Shown here: one piece after another, positions 63,363 through 64,000 of the stretch
Position numbering within the stretch: the stretch's first letter is position 1
Layout of the letters: the number at the start of each line of letters is the position of its first letter
DNA from: Mobula hypostoma
Lineage: Eukaryota
Assembly (NCBI RefSeq): GCF_963921235.1
Contig: NC_086109.1
Coordinates: forward strand, 27,344,001-27,408,000
Length of the DNA stretch: 64,000 nt
Reading direction: 5' to 3'
Program-made: the position numbers and the translations under genes
Notes under the pieces: model-generated
The model's database searches: none
Told to the model about the DNA's origin: nothing
The model's input: only the letters and a program-made list of their open reading frames with translations

Positions 63363-64000
63363 TAAACACAAGAGATTCTGTAGATGTTGGAACTCTTGAG
63401 GATCACACACAAATTGCTGGAGGAAGTCAGCGGGTCATGCAGCACCCCTGAGAGAAATAAACATTTGACATTTAAGGCCCAGATCCTTCGCTAGGAATGG
63501 AGAGGAAGGGGTAAGATGCCAGAATAATAAGGTGGGGAGAGGGGAAAGAGTACAAGCTAGAAGGTGATGGATGAAGCCAGGTGAGGAGGAAGATGGGTGG
63601 GAGAGGGGCACAAAGTAAGAAGCTGGAAGGTGATAGGTAGAGGATTAAAAGGCTGAAGGAGGAGGAATCTGATAGGAGAAAGGGTAGTAGACCATGGGGG
63701 AAAGGGAGTGAGGGCCCAGGGGAAAGCAATGGGCAGGTGTAGAGGAGAAAAGGGGTAAGAAGGTATCAGCAATGGGAAATGGAAAAAGAGAGAAGGGGGA
63801 GGGGGATACATTACTGTAAATTAGAGAAATCAATGTTCTTGCCATCAAGTTGGAGACTACCCAGACGGAATACAAGGTGTTGTTCTTCCAACTGAGAGAA
63901 ACCCTCATTGTGGTATTAGAGGAGGTCATGGAATGACAATGGAATGGGAATGGGAAGTCAAATTAAAATGGGTGGTCAAATTAAAATGGGTGGCCATTGG
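63363..64000 (-). mobile_element. PLE 3' fragment running off the window end
   Basis: Tail at 63363-63450; GCCATCAAGTTGGAGACTACCCAGACGGAATACAAGGTGTTGTTC (GIY-YIG end); 18-bp tandem duplication at 63957-63992. Confidence 0.85.

Overview
Eukaryotic, repeat-dense DNA (intronic or intergenic). The repeat mix points to a cartilaginous fish, probably a ray or skate; this is inferred, not verified by search. No intact protein-coding gene or convincing host exon was found. Almost every ORF in the track is a transposon fragment, an antisense shadow or low-complexity sequence. Main contents: (1) a decayed Gypsy (Mag-like) LTR element at 3753-8309 with a solo LTR nested in gag; (2) about 18 fragments of a Penelope-like element (PLE) with a GIY-YIG C-terminus and a pLTR carrying a minimal type-I hammerhead ribozyme; (3) many Rex1/Babar and CR1 LINE pieces; (4) tRNA-derived and RTE-related SINEs; (5) a dead IR/DR-type Tc1, a Tc1 MITE and a Harbinger-like MITE; (6) a 2.15-kb G/A polypurine tract inside a LINE. 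The most notable signal is a set of PLE-derived fold-back insertions of 231, 285 and 1253 bp. Each has 13-14 bp target-site duplications and a hammerhead motif on both strands; an 852-bp chimeric relative carries one degenerate motif. PLE breakpoints recur at the hammerhead boundary. PLE hammerheads and inverted pLTRs are already known; whether these minimal two-hammerhead hairpins form an independently amplifying family needs a genome-wide test.
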